DNA from: Deltaproteobacteria bacterium | Lineage (GTDB): Bacteria > Myxococcota > XYA12-FULL-58-9 | Assembly: GCA_016218825.1 (NCBI GenBank) | Contig: JACRCV010000063.1 | Coordinates: forward strand, 1,070 to 65,069 | Length of the DNA: 64,000 nucleotides | Direction: 5' to 3' | In this document: in pieces, positions 32,853 through 41,706 of the stretch | Layout: every line of letters begins with the position of its first letter | Numbering within the stretch: position 1 is the first letter of the stretch | Program-made: the position numbers and the translations under genes | Notes under the pieces: model-generated | Seen by the model: the letters and a program-made list of their open reading frames with translations, nothing else | Told to the model about the DNA's origin: nothing | The model's database searches: none

Positions 32853-33560
32853 ATGCCCGCCATCGTCAGCCTGTCGAACGTCGCCAAGGACTACCCGCTC
32901 GGAAAGACCGTGGTGCGCGCCCTGCGCGGCGTCAGCCTGGCGATCGAGAAGGGCGAGTTCGTCGCCATCGCCGGCCCGTCGGGGAGCGGCAAGACCACGC
33001 TCTTGAACCTCATCGGCTGCGTCGACGTGCCGAGCTCCGGCGAGGTGACGATCGACGGCCGCTCGACCTCGGCGTTGCACGACCGCGAGCTGACGAACCT
33101 CCGCCTGCACTCGCTGGGCTTCATCTTCCAGACCTTCAACCTGGTGGCGGTGTTGAACCTCTATCAGAACGTCGAGTTCCCGCTGCTGTTGAAGGGGCAT
33201 CACACCGCCGCCGAGCGCAAGAAGAAGGTCGAGGCGATGATCGACAAGGTCGGGCTGACGCCGCAGATCGGGCAACGGCCGAACGAGCTCTCCGGCGGCC
33301 AGCGGCAGCGGGTGGCAATCGCCAGGGCGCTGGTCACCGAGCCCAAGATCGTGCTCGCCGACGAGCCCACCGCGAACCTCGACTCGGTGACCGGGCAGAA
33401 CATCATCGATCTGATGAAGGCCCTGAACGACACCTTGACCACGACCTTCATCTTCTCGACCCACGACCAACGGGTGATATCGCACGCCCGCCGCGTGATT
33501 CGCCTCGTCGACGGGGTGGTGGAAGACGGCGCCGCCCAGGCCCGCGGTGCAGGAGGCTGA
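32853..33560 (+). CDS. ABC transporter ATP-binding protein (LolD/MacB-type)
   Basis: Walker A GPSGSGKTT, Q-loop, signature LSGGQRQRVAIARAL, Walker B ILADEPT and H-loop FSTHD. Confidence 0.9.
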   Translation: MPAIVSLSNVAKDYPLGKTVVRALRGVSLAIEKGEFVAIAGPSGSGKTTLLNLIGCVDVPSSGEVTIDGRSTSALHDRELTNLRLHSLGFIFQTFNLVAVLNLYQNVEFPLLLKGHHTAAERKKKVEAMIDKVGLTPQIGQRPNELSGGQRQRVAIARALVTEPKIVLADEPTANLDSVTGQNIIDLMKALNDTLTTTFIFSTHDQRVISHARRVIRLVDGVVEDGAAQARGAGG

Positions 33561-33561
33561 G

Positions 33562-35649
33562 ATGCGGGGCTCGATGTCTCTCGTCCTGGTGCGCACCGCG
33601 CTCAGGAACCTGGTGGCGCACAAGGCCAAGACCTCGATCGTCGGCTCGATCATCTTCTTCGGCAGCTTCCTCGTGGTCTTCGGCACCGCGCTCTTGGACA
33701 GCATCGACCGCGGCATGTCGGGGAGCATCACCGAGAGCTTGGCGGGGCACCTCCAGATCTACGCCAAGGACGCCCGCGACAAGCTGCAGCTCTTCGGCGG
33801 CGGCTTCATGGGCGGCGACGACTTCGGCGCCATCCGCGACTTCAAGCCGGTGCGCGAGATCCTCGAGGCGCTCCCCGAGGTCAAGGCGGTGGTGCCGCTC
33901 GGGCTGCAGATGGTGACGGTGATGGGCGGCAACGAGATCGACCAGACGCTCGAGGAGCTGCGCCAGGCGGTGAAGAGCGGCGACGACGACAAGATCCACA
34001 GCCTGGCGGTGAAGCTGCGCGCGATGGCCGACGACCTGCTCCCCGACCTCGAGCGCCGGCGGCACATCGCCCGCGACAAGGCCGAGATCGAAAACCAGCT
34101 CCGAGACCTGGCGCGCGTCCGCAGCGACGCGTTCTGGGCCGAGCTCGCGAAGGACCCCGAGCGCGGTCTCACCTTCCTCGAGGCGCACGTGGCGCCGCTG
34201 GTGTTGGACGGCCGCTTCCTCTACTTCCGCAACGTCGCGACCGACCTGACGCGCTTCCCGCGGCTCTTCGACCGCTTCGAGCTCGTGGACGGCCAGATGG
34301 TGCCGCCGGGCGAGCCCGGGATCCTGCTCGCGAAGCGAACCTACGAGACCTGGGTCAAGAACCCGGTGGCGCGCGATCTCGACAAGATCTACCAGGGCCT
34401 GACGACCCAGAACCTGAGCATCGCCACCGCCACCGAGCTCGCCGACGCCGCCCGCCGCCTGCCGCGCCAGTACCGCCGCATCAGCTTCCAGCTCGCGGTC
34501 GAGGACGCGCGCACGGTCGAGCGCGAGCTGCGCCGCCTGCTCCCTGAGAGCACGGGCGATCTAGGGGCGCTGTTGCAGGACTTCTTGCGGGTCGACGACG
34601 ACAACGCCGTCGGCCGCTACCGGTTCTTCTACGACGTCATCGCGCCGCGTCTGCCGCTCTACACCGTGCCGGTCGGCTCGGACGTGATCTTGCGCGCGGT
34701 CACCAAGACCGGCTACTTCAAGGCGGCGAAGGTCAAGGTCTGGGGCACGTTCCGCTTCAAGGGTCTCGAAGACTCGGACCTGGCGGGCGCCAGCAACCTG
34801 ATCGACCTGCTGACCTTCCGCGAGCTCTACGGCATCATGACCGACGACAAGCAACGCGAGCTCCAGGGCATCCGCGACGCGGTCGGGGTCAAGGACGTGG
34901 CGCGCGAGGACGCCGAGGCCGCGCTCTTCGGTGGCGACGCCAGGCCCTCCAGTGCGGACGCGACCCCGGGGACGCTCGGGGCGATCGACGCCGTCGCCGA
35001 GATCGCGGCGGCCAAAGCCCCGGCGCCGGCCGTCACCTTCACGCCCGAGGAGGTGGACAACGGTTTGACGATCAGCGCCGCGGTGATCCTCAAAGACCCG
35101 AGCCGGCTGCACCAGGGGCTCGCCGCGGTGCAACGGGCGATCGACGCCGCCAACCTCAACCTGCAGGTGGTGGACTGGCAGACCGCGGCCGGCATCCCCG
35201 GGCAGCTGGTCACGGTGATGCGCCTGGTGCTCTACCTCGCGATCTTCATCATCTTCCTGGTGGCGCTGGTGATCATCAACAACGCGATGCTGATGGCGAT
35301 GGTGGAGCGCATCGGCGAGATCGGCACGATGCGGGCGATCGGCGCCCAGCGCTCGCTGGTGATGTGGATGTTCATCGTCGAGATCTTGACGCTCGGGGCG
35401 ATCGCCGGCACCGCCGGGGCGCTCGCGGCGTTGGCGGTGGTCTCCTGGCTCGGCCACGTCGGCATCCCGGCGCCGAACGACCAGCTGCAGTTCCTGTTCT
35501 CCGGACCGCGCCTGTACCCCGCCGCCGGGCTCGAGAACCTCCTGCTCGGCTGCGCCTCGGTGTGCCTCGTCAGCCTGGGCTCGACGCTCTACCCGGCGCG
35601 GATGGCGACCCGGGTGCAGCCGGTGGTCGCGATGCAGGCGAAGGAGTGA
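33562..35649 (+). CDS. FtsX-family ABC permease with ~500-aa periplasmic domain (LolC/E- or MacB-like)
   Basis: AGGAGG precedes the ATG; N-terminal TM, large extracytoplasmic domain, and a C-terminal 3-TM FtsX module (ERIGEIGTMRAIGAQ...). 695 aa. Confidence 0.8.
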   Translation: MRGSMSLVLVRTALRNLVAHKAKTSIVGSIIFFGSFLVVFGTALLDSIDRGMSGSITESLAGHLQIYAKDARDKLQLFGGGFMGGDDFGAIRDFKPVREILEALPEVKAVVPLGLQMVTVMGGNEIDQTLEELRQAVKSGDDDKIHSLAVKLRAMADDLLPDLERRRHIARDKAEIENQLRDLARVRSDAFWAELAKDPERGLTFLEAHVAPLVLDGRFLYFRNVATDLTRFPRLFDRFELVDGQMVPPGEPGILLAKRTYETWVKNPVARDLDKIYQGLTTQNLSIATATELADAARRLPRQYRRISFQLAVEDARTVERELRRLLPESTGDLGALLQDFLRVDDDNAVGRYRFFYDVIAPRLPLYTVPVGSDVILRAVTKTGYFKAAKVKVWGTFRFKGLEDSDLAGASNLIDLLTFRELYGIMTDDKQRELQGIRDAVGVKDVAREDAEAALFGGDARPSSADATPGTLGAIDAVAEIAAAKAPAPAVTFTPEEVDNGLTISAAVILKDPSRLHQGLAAVQRAIDAANLNLQVVDWQTAAGIPGQLVTVMRLVLYLAIFIIFLVALVIINNAMLMAMVERIGEIGTMRAIGAQRSLVMWMFIVEILTLGAIAGTAGALAALAVVSWLGHVGIPAPNDQLQFLFSGPRLYPAAGLENLLLGCASVCLVSLGSTLYPARMATRVQPVVAMQAKE

Positions 35650-35654
35650 GAGCC

Positions 35655-36998
35655 GTGCGCATGCTGTTGTTCGTCGCCTTCCGGAACCTGCTGCAGTCGC
35701 GGCGGCGCTCGCTGCTCCTCGGCGTCGCGCTCGGTATGGTGTCGCTGCTGTTGGTGCTGATGCTGGCGCTGAGCCAAGGGCTGCACGACAACATCTTCGA
35801 GAGCGCCATGGTGTTGTCCTCCGGCCACGTGAACATCGGCGGCTTCTACAAGGCCAAGCCCCAGGACGCGTTTCCGCTGGTGACCGACTGCAAGAAGATC
35901 CGCAAGCTGGTCCACGACGAGGTCAAAGGCGTCGCCCGCATCATCGACCGCGGCCGCGGTTGGGCCAAGCTCATCAGCGAGAGCTCGAGCATGCAGACCG
36001 GGATCCACGGCATCGACGTCGACGAAGAGGCGGCGCTCCTGGCGACGCTGCAACCCGCCCTGGAGCGGGAGTACGTCGACGGCGGGCGCGCCGTGGTGCT
36101 CGGAGATCTGAAGCGCCTGCGAGAGCCGAACACCCTGATGTTGTTTGCCGGGCAGGCGAAGCGGCTGCGGGTCGGGGTCGGCGACTCGTTGACGCTGACC
36201 GCCGAGAGCTTCGGCGGGGTCACCAACACCGTCGACCTGCAGATCGTCGCGGTGATGAAGGACGTCGGCTTCATGTCGAATTGGAGCGTGTTCGTCCCGA
36301 AGAAGGTGTTGACCGAGCTCTACCAGCTCGCCGACGACACCACCGGCTGGATCCTCTTGTACCTCGACAATCTCGACGAGCGCGCCGCGGTGATCACCCG
36401 GCTGCGCGCGGTGCTGACGCAGGCGGGCTACACCTTCATGGAGCCGGAGTCGAATCCGTTCTGGATGAAGTTCGAGACCGTCGCCGGCGAGGACTGGGTG
36501 GGACAGAAGATCGACCTCACCACCTGGGAGGACGAGACCTCGTTCTTGAAGTTCGTCACCCAGGCGCTCGACTCGATCTCGTTCTTCCTGATCGCGATCC
36601 TCCTGGTGATCATCGTCATCGGCATCATGAACGCGATGTGGATCGCGGTGCGCGAGCGCACCCAGGAGATCGGCACCCTGCGCGCCATCGGCATGCAGCG
36701 ACGGCGGGTGTGGGTGCTCTTCGAGCTCGAGGCGATGCTGCTCGGACTCGCCGCGACCACCGTCGGCACCGTCGCCGGCGTCCTGCTGGCGCGCGCCGTC
36801 AACGGCCTCGAGATCGAGGTGGGGATCGAGGCGCTGCGCGTGATCTTGATGAGCGACACCTTGCGCCTGAGCGTCACCTTCGGGCAGCTCGTCGGCCCGA
36901 TCATCGTATTTACCCTGGTCGCGATGTTGGCGGCGCTCTGGCCCGCGGTGCGCGCGTCGCGCCTGCCGCCGGTCACCGCGATCCAACGTCTGCTGTGA
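35655..36998 (+). CDS. second FtsX-family ABC permease (paralogue)
   Basis: AAGGAG upstream with GTG (35655) or ATG (35661) start; N-terminal TM, ~270-aa periplasmic domain, C-terminal FtsX module (RTQEIGTLRAIGMQ...). Confidence 0.8.
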   Translation: MRMLLFVAFRNLLQSRRRSLLLGVALGMVSLLLVLMLALSQGLHDNIFESAMVLSSGHVNIGGFYKAKPQDAFPLVTDCKKIRKLVHDEVKGVARIIDRGRGWAKLISESSSMQTGIHGIDVDEEAALLATLQPALEREYVDGGRAVVLGDLKRLREPNTLMLFAGQAKRLRVGVGDSLTLTAESFGGVTNTVDLQIVAVMKDVGFMSNWSVFVPKKVLTELYQLADDTTGWILLYLDNLDERAAVITRLRAVLTQAGYTFMEPESNPFWMKFETVAGEDWVGQKIDLTTWEDETSFLKFVTQALDSISFFLIAILLVIIVIGIMNAMWIAVRERTQEIGTLRAIGMQRRRVWVLFELEAMLLGLAATTVGTVAGVLLARAVNGLEIEVGIEALRVILMSDTLRLSVTFGQLVGPIIVFTLVAMLAALWPAVRASRLPPVTAIQRLL

Positions 36999-37005
36999 GG
37001 CGTCG

Positions 37006-37779
37006 ATGCTGCGAACCGCGCTGGTCTGCTCTTTGATGGCGTCGGCCCCGGGCCTGGCGCGGGCGGCGTTGTCGGACGCCGAGATGCTCGAGGTCCTGAA
37101 GACCATCGACGTCCGGCAGCGCAACTCCGGCGACTACAAGACCCTGGTCTACATCGAGCAGAAGGAGCGCGACAAGAGCGACCTGCTCTACGAGGCCGTG
37201 GTCTACAGGCGCGACGAGAACGACCAGCTGGTGATCTTGTTCACCAAGCCGAAGGCCGAGGCCGGCAAGGGCTACCTGCGCATCGACAAGAGCCTGTTCC
37301 TCTACGACCCGGCGGTCGGCAAGTGGGAGCGACGCACCGAGCGCGAGCGCATCGGCGGCACCAGCTCGCAGCGCGCCGACTTCGACGAATCCCGGCTCGC
37401 CGAGGAGTACACCCCGACCTACGTCGGTGAGGAGAAGCTCGGGGTCTACACCGTGCACCACCTGCTGTTGAAGATGAAGGAGGGCGCCGACGTCGCCTAT
37501 CCGATCACCCACCTGTGGGTCGACGCCGCCACCCACAACGTCCTGAAGCGGACGGAGATGGCGCTGTCGGGTCGGTTGATGCGCACCGTGTATTACCCGC
37601 AGTGGAACAAGGTCTGGAGCGAGAGCAAGAAGGACAGCGTCTACTACCCCAAGGAGATCCGGGTCTTCGACGAGGTCGAGAAGGGCAACCGCACCACCGT
37701 CGTGCTGCGCGAGATCGATCTGAGAAGCCTCGACCCCAACATCTTCACCAAGGCCTGGGTCGAGAGCCGCAGCCGATGA
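37006..37779 (+). CDS. LolA-like outer-membrane lipoprotein-sorting family protein
   Basis: Signal peptide, then a ~230-aa sequence resembling the LolA_like / lipoprotein-sorting fold family (YKTLVYIEQKER...LRIDKSLFLYDP...WVDAATHNVLKRTEM). Assigned from sequence pattern and the ABC context. Confidence 0.55.
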   Translation: MLRTALVCSLMASAPGLARAALSDAEMLEVLKTIDVRQRNSGDYKTLVYIEQKERDKSDLLYEAVVYRRDENDQLVILFTKPKAEAGKGYLRIDKSLFLYDPAVGKWERRTERERIGGTSSQRADFDESRLAEEYTPTYVGEEKLGVYTVHHLLLKMKEGADVAYPITHLWVDAATHNVLKRTEMALSGRLMRTVYYPQWNKVWSESKKDSVYYPKEIRVFDEVEKGNRTTVVLREIDLRSLDPNIFTKAWVESRSR

Positions 37780-39272
37780 GGCGCGCCGCTCTTCGGACCG
37801 GGCTCGCGGCGCTCGCGAGCCTGGTGTGGGCGCCGGCAGCGTTGGCCCAAGATCTGACCGCACCGCCAACCGACGACGAGCGCGCCCGCGAGGCCGAGCT
37901 CTTCGGCGCGCCGAGCGCCCCAACCCCGGACCAAGGCGCCGCGCCCGAGGGCGACAGCGACCAGAAGCCGGTCGTGGAAGCGCCCGTGGCGCCCGTGGCG
38001 CCCGTGGCGCCAGCGGCGCAGCCGACGCCGCCGGCGTCGAACACCGAAGAGCGAATGGCCGCGGCGCTCGTGAGCCACGACGCCACGACCGCGCTCGGTG
38101 GCCTGTTGTACTTGCGGTTGGACTACAACGCCCTCGAGCACGGCAAGCCGAAGACCTTCCTGGTCTCGAGCCCGAGCCTCTTCGACGTCTACCTCGACGC
38201 CCGGCCCAGCGAGCACGTGCGCGGCTACGTGCGCGGCCGGTTGAAGCACGACGCCACCGTGACCTCGGGGTCGACCGATGCGTTCGGCAACGTGCGGCAG
38301 GGGAGCACGGTGCTGCTCGACCAGCTGTGGCTCAAGTTCGACGTCGGCGATCGCGTCTGGGTCACCGCGGGGCGGCAGGCGATCCGCTGGGGCTCGGGGC
38401 GTTTTTGGAACCCGACCGACTTCATGAACCAGCAGGTGCGCGATCCGCTCGCGGTCTTCGACGAGCGCGAAGGCGTCACCCTGGTGAAGGTTCATTTGCC
38501 GATCGAGGCGCTCGGCTGGAACTTCTACGCCCTCGGCAACTTCGAGCGGGCCGATCGGCCCGACGAGGTCGGCGGCGGCTTGCGCGCCGAGCTGTTGTTC
38601 GAGTCGATCAACACCGAGCTCGCGCTCTCGGCGGCGAAGACCAGCCACGGCCCGACCCAGTTGGGCGCCGAGGTCTCGGCGGGGGTCGGGCTCGTCGACC
38701 TGCGCGCCGAGGCCGGGCTCCAGAAAGGGGTCAGGAGCCCGTTCTATCGCGGTGAGCTCGACCCGGCGCGGCTCGTGATCCCCGAGCCCTACAGCCGCGA
38801 CGGCGATTGGCTGCTGCAGGCGACCGCCGGCGCCGAGCTGGCGCTCAAGTACTCGGACGAGGACAACGTCACCGTGGGTGCCGAGGCGTTCTACAACGGC
38901 GCCGGTTACGCCGACGCCGAGCTCTATCCCTGGCTGTTCGCGAACCAGCGCTACACCCCGCTCTACGCCGGCCGGCGCTACGCCGCGCTCTACGCGCTGT
39001 TGATGGCGCCGGGCAGCTGGAACGACACCACGTTCATCTTGAGCGGCATCGGCAACCTCTCCGACCGGTCGTACCTCGCGCGTCTCGACTACCGGGTGCG
39101 GGTCTTGACCTACCTCGACGTGAACCTCTACGGCGCCTACCACTTCGGGCAAGTCGGCGAGCTGCATTACAGCTACGCGCTCGAGCCTTTGCCGGTGGAC
39201 GGCCTGCGAAACGGCATCGTGATCGTGGCGCCCCGCTTCGACGTCGGCGTCGGGTTGCGGGCGGCGTTTTGA
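37776..39272 (+). CDS. outer-membrane beta-barrel protein (hypothetical)
   Basis: ATG overlaps the stop of the LolA-like gene (ATGA); signal peptide ALASLVWAPAALAQD; alternating amphipathic beta-strand pattern; C-terminal ...VGVGLRAAF aromatic terminus typical of OMPs. Confidence 0.5.
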   Translation: MRRAALRTGLAALASLVWAPAALAQDLTAPPTDDERAREAELFGAPSAPTPDQGAAPEGDSDQKPVVEAPVAPVAPVAPAAQPTPPASNTEERMAAALVSHDATTALGGLLYLRLDYNALEHGKPKTFLVSSPSLFDVYLDARPSEHVRGYVRGRLKHDATVTSGSTDAFGNVRQGSTVLLDQLWLKFDVGDRVWVTAGRQAIRWGSGRFWNPTDFMNQQVRDPLAVFDEREGVTLVKVHLPIEALGWNFYALGNFERADRPDEVGGGLRAELLFESINTELALSAAKTSHGPTQLGAEVSAGVGLVDLRAEAGLQKGVRSPFYRGELDPARLVIPEPYSRDGDWLLQATAGAELALKYSDEDNVTVGAEAFYNGAGYADAELYPWLFANQRYTPLYAGRRYAALYALLMAPGSWNDTTFILSGIGNLSDRSYLARLDYRVRVLTYLDVNLYGAYHFGQVGELHYSYALEPLPVDGLRNGIVIVAPRFDVGVGLRAAF

Positions 39273-39306
39273 GGGGCGCGCCGGTCGATGCTGACGCCGG
39301 CTCGCG

Positions 39307-40827
39307 TCAACGCTTCGCGCTGTCGGTGGTCGCCGGGGCCTCGGCGCCGCGGTTGCCCCGCCCTGTGATCACCAGCCCCCCGATCCCGAGCGCGACGAAC
39401 AGCAGCGCCTGCACCAGCGTCTTCGGCTGCATCGGCGTGGCGGTGACCGCCAGCAGTACGAAGCCGAGCCCCGCGGCCAACAGCACACCGTAGATCGTGG
39501 TCATGATGGTGCGCGCCTTGCGGCGGGTGCCGTCGGTGTCGGTGCCGAGGAAGCGGGCGAAGGCGTAGAGACCGAGCGCCGCGCCGACGTCGAGGACGGC
39601 GAAGGCGCCCCAGAACCACGCGATCGTCCCGCCGGCGTCGGCGGCGCCGACCAATGGCTTCAGCACCGCCTTGTACGCCAGCGCGCCGATGTTGGAGCCG
39701 AGCAGGGCCCCGAACACCCCGTAGAGGAAGGCGTAGCCCATGTACACCGCCTTGCGATCTGCGGGCGCGATCAGGCCGACCAAGGAGATGTACTTGGGGT
39801 GCGCGGTCATCTCGCCGATCGAGAACACCGTGATGCCGAGGATGAAGATCCAGGGATTCTGCGAGCTCGCGAGCAGCAAGAAGCCGACGGCGCCGATGCC
39901 CATCCCGGTGATCATCGTCGTCAGCGCCGGGCGGTCCTTGACGAGCCGGCTCACCAGGAACTGCAGCAGGATGATGGTGAGGGCGTTGATCGTGGTGACG
40001 TGCTCGGCGTCGAATTGGAAGGTGGCGCCGATGCCGAGGGTCGCGAGCCCGCCGTTCACCACGGCGTCCACCGGGCCTTTGGCGACGAAGTCGTCGAGGT
40101 ACCAGAGCACCGTGGAGAAGTTCTGGAAGTAGAGGATCCAGAAACCCGAGTACACGACGATCATCAGCATGAAGCGCGCGTCGCCGAGCACCTCGGCCGC
40201 GCCCAACAGCGACTGCGACAGGGTCTTCTTGGACGCCGGCTTCGGGGGCTCGCGATACAAGAGCAGCGTCGGCAGGATCATGGCGCCGGTGTAGACGGCC
40301 GACGCGGTGAACACCGCTTGCCAGGAGATCCCCTTGAGCCACGACACCACCAGGGGGGCGATGAGCGCGCCGAGGTTGATGGTCCAGTAGAAGATCGCGA
40401 AGCCGAACGACGAGGTGCGCTCGTCGGTGCTGCGGGCGATGGTCCCGGAGATGATCGGCTTGAAGAGGCCGGCGCCCACCGCCATCACGAACAGGCAACC
40501 GAACACCAGCAGGTAGCTGTGCGCCCGGCCGGACGCGAAGTAGCCGACGGCCAACAGCGCGAAGGCTACGAGCAGCATGCGCCGGTAGCCGTAGCGATCC
40601 GCGAGGGCGCCGCCGAGGATCGGGATCACGTAGACCGCCGCGAAGATCGAGCCCTGCAGAAAGCCGACCGCCTGCGGATCGAAGCCGAGCCCGCCCTTCG
40701 TCACCTCGGCGGTGAGGTACACCGCGAGCACCGAGTTGAGGCCGTAGTACGCGGCGCGCTCGAAGAGCTCCATCACGTTGACGACCCAGAAGACAAACGG
40801 AAAGTCGCGCAAGCGGACGCTGCCCAT
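39307..40827 (-). CDS. POT-family (proton-dependent oligopeptide) MFS transporter
   Basis: ERAAYYGLNSVLAVYLT and GGALADRYGYRRML match the PTR2 signatures; 12 or more TM helices. Confidence 0.85.
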   Translation of the reverse strand: MGSVRLRDFPFVFWVVNVMELFERAAYYGLNSVLAVYLTAEVTKGGLGFDPQAVGFLQGSIFAAVYVIPILGGALADRYGYRRMLLVAFALLAVGYFASGRAHSYLLVFGCLFVMAVGAGLFKPIISGTIARSTDERTSSFGFAIFYWTINLGALIAPLVVSWLKGISWQAVFTASAVYTGAMILPTLLLYREPPKPASKKTLSQSLLGAAEVLGDARFMLMIVVYSGFWILYFQNFSTVLWYLDDFVAKGPVDAVVNGGLATLGIGATFQFDAEHVTTINALTIILLQFLVSRLVKDRPALTTMITGMGIGAVGFLLLASSQNPWIFILGITVFSIGEMTAHPKYISLVGLIAPADRKAVYMGYAFLYGVFGALLGSNIGALAYKAVLKPLVGAADAGGTIAWFWGAFAVLDVGAALGLYAFARFLGTDTDGTRRKARTIMTTIYGVLLAAGLGFVLLAVTATPMQPKTLVQALLFVALGIGGLVITGRGNRGAEAPATTDSAKR

Positions 40828-40850
40828 GCATCACCTCGGGTGAGCGACCC

Positions 40851-41684
40851 CTAGAGCACAGGTGGCGAGGCCGCGGCAAACAGCGCCCGGCGCTCGTCGA
40901 CCCGGCCCACCGCGAGCAGGATGCCGAAGATGATCGCCTCCGGCCGCGGCGGACAGCCGGGGATGAAGACGTCGACCGGCAGGGCCTCGGCGACGCCGCC
41001 GGCGCTCGCGTAGCTTTGCCCCGCGATGCCGCCGGAGCAGGCGCAGGCGCCGACCGCGATCACCAAGCGCGGCTCGGGGACCGCCTCGTAGGTTCGGCGC
41101 ACCGCGGTCGCGAGGTTGCGGGTCACGGGCCCGGTGACCATCAGGCCGTCGGCGTGACGCGGCGAGGCGACGAAGTCGACGCCGAGGCGCCGGACGTCAT
41201 AGACCGGATTCAACAGCGCCGTCAGCTCCCAGTCGCAGGCGTTGCACGAGCCCGAATCGAGGTGGCGCAACGCGAGCGACCGGCCGAGCACGCGTCGGAT
41301 CTGTCCTGCGACCTGCCCGGCGGCCGGCGGCGCCGTGGCCGCGGTGGCTCGGCCGTCGGCGTCGCTCGCCACCTGGAGCATCAGGCTTTCGCGTCGTCGA
41401 GACGCGAGCTCGACCTGGCGACCGAGCTCGACGCCGCGATCCGGCGCGCCCTCGGCACAGCGGCCGCAGAACACGCACCGCCCGAGGTCGATGCTGTAGG
41501 CCGCCGTCGATCCGCCGCCGATCGCGCCCGTCGGACACACCGAAGGCGACGGCAGCAGGTCAACCTGGGCGCCCGGCCGGACCTCGGGAGCGCCGCGAAA
41601 GCGCTCGGGGGGCTTCGCGGGCGTCGCCGGATAGGCGGAGGTCACGACGCCGGTGCGCAAGCTGTTGAGGATGGCGGTCAGCAT
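40851..41684 (-). CDS. fused HycF-like ferredoxin / HycG-NuoB-like [NiFe]-hydrogenase small subunit
   Basis: N-terminal CPTGAI...CVFCGRCAEGAP is one 4Fe-4S motif with the partner motif degenerate. The C-terminal ...GSCNACDWE...VGACACSGG...PGCPP matches the NuoB/HycG cluster-binding pattern. AAGGAGG precedes the ATG at 41682-41684. Confidence 0.7.
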   Translation of the reverse strand: MLTAILNSLRTGVVTSAYPATPAKPPERFRGAPEVRPGAQVDLLPSPSVCPTGAIGGGSTAAYSIDLGRCVFCGRCAEGAPDRGVELGRQVELASRRRESLMLQVASDADGRATAATAPPAAGQVAGQIRRVLGRSLALRHLDSGSCNACDWELTALLNPVYDVRRLGVDFVASPRHADGLMVTGPVTRNLATAVRRTYEAVPEPRLVIAVGACACSGGIAGQSYASAGGVAEALPVDVFIPGCPPRPEAIIFGILLAVGRVDERRALFAAASPPVL

Positions 41685-41706
41685 GCAGAGCCCTCCTTGT
41701 GGGTTC

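Noticed and set aside
37975-38020. Short 9-bp microrepeat (gcgcccgtg x3) encoding VAPVAPVAP
   Set aside because: It is a trivial in-frame Pro/Ala linker in the periplasmic N-terminus of the OMP, too short to be a meaningful repeat feature.
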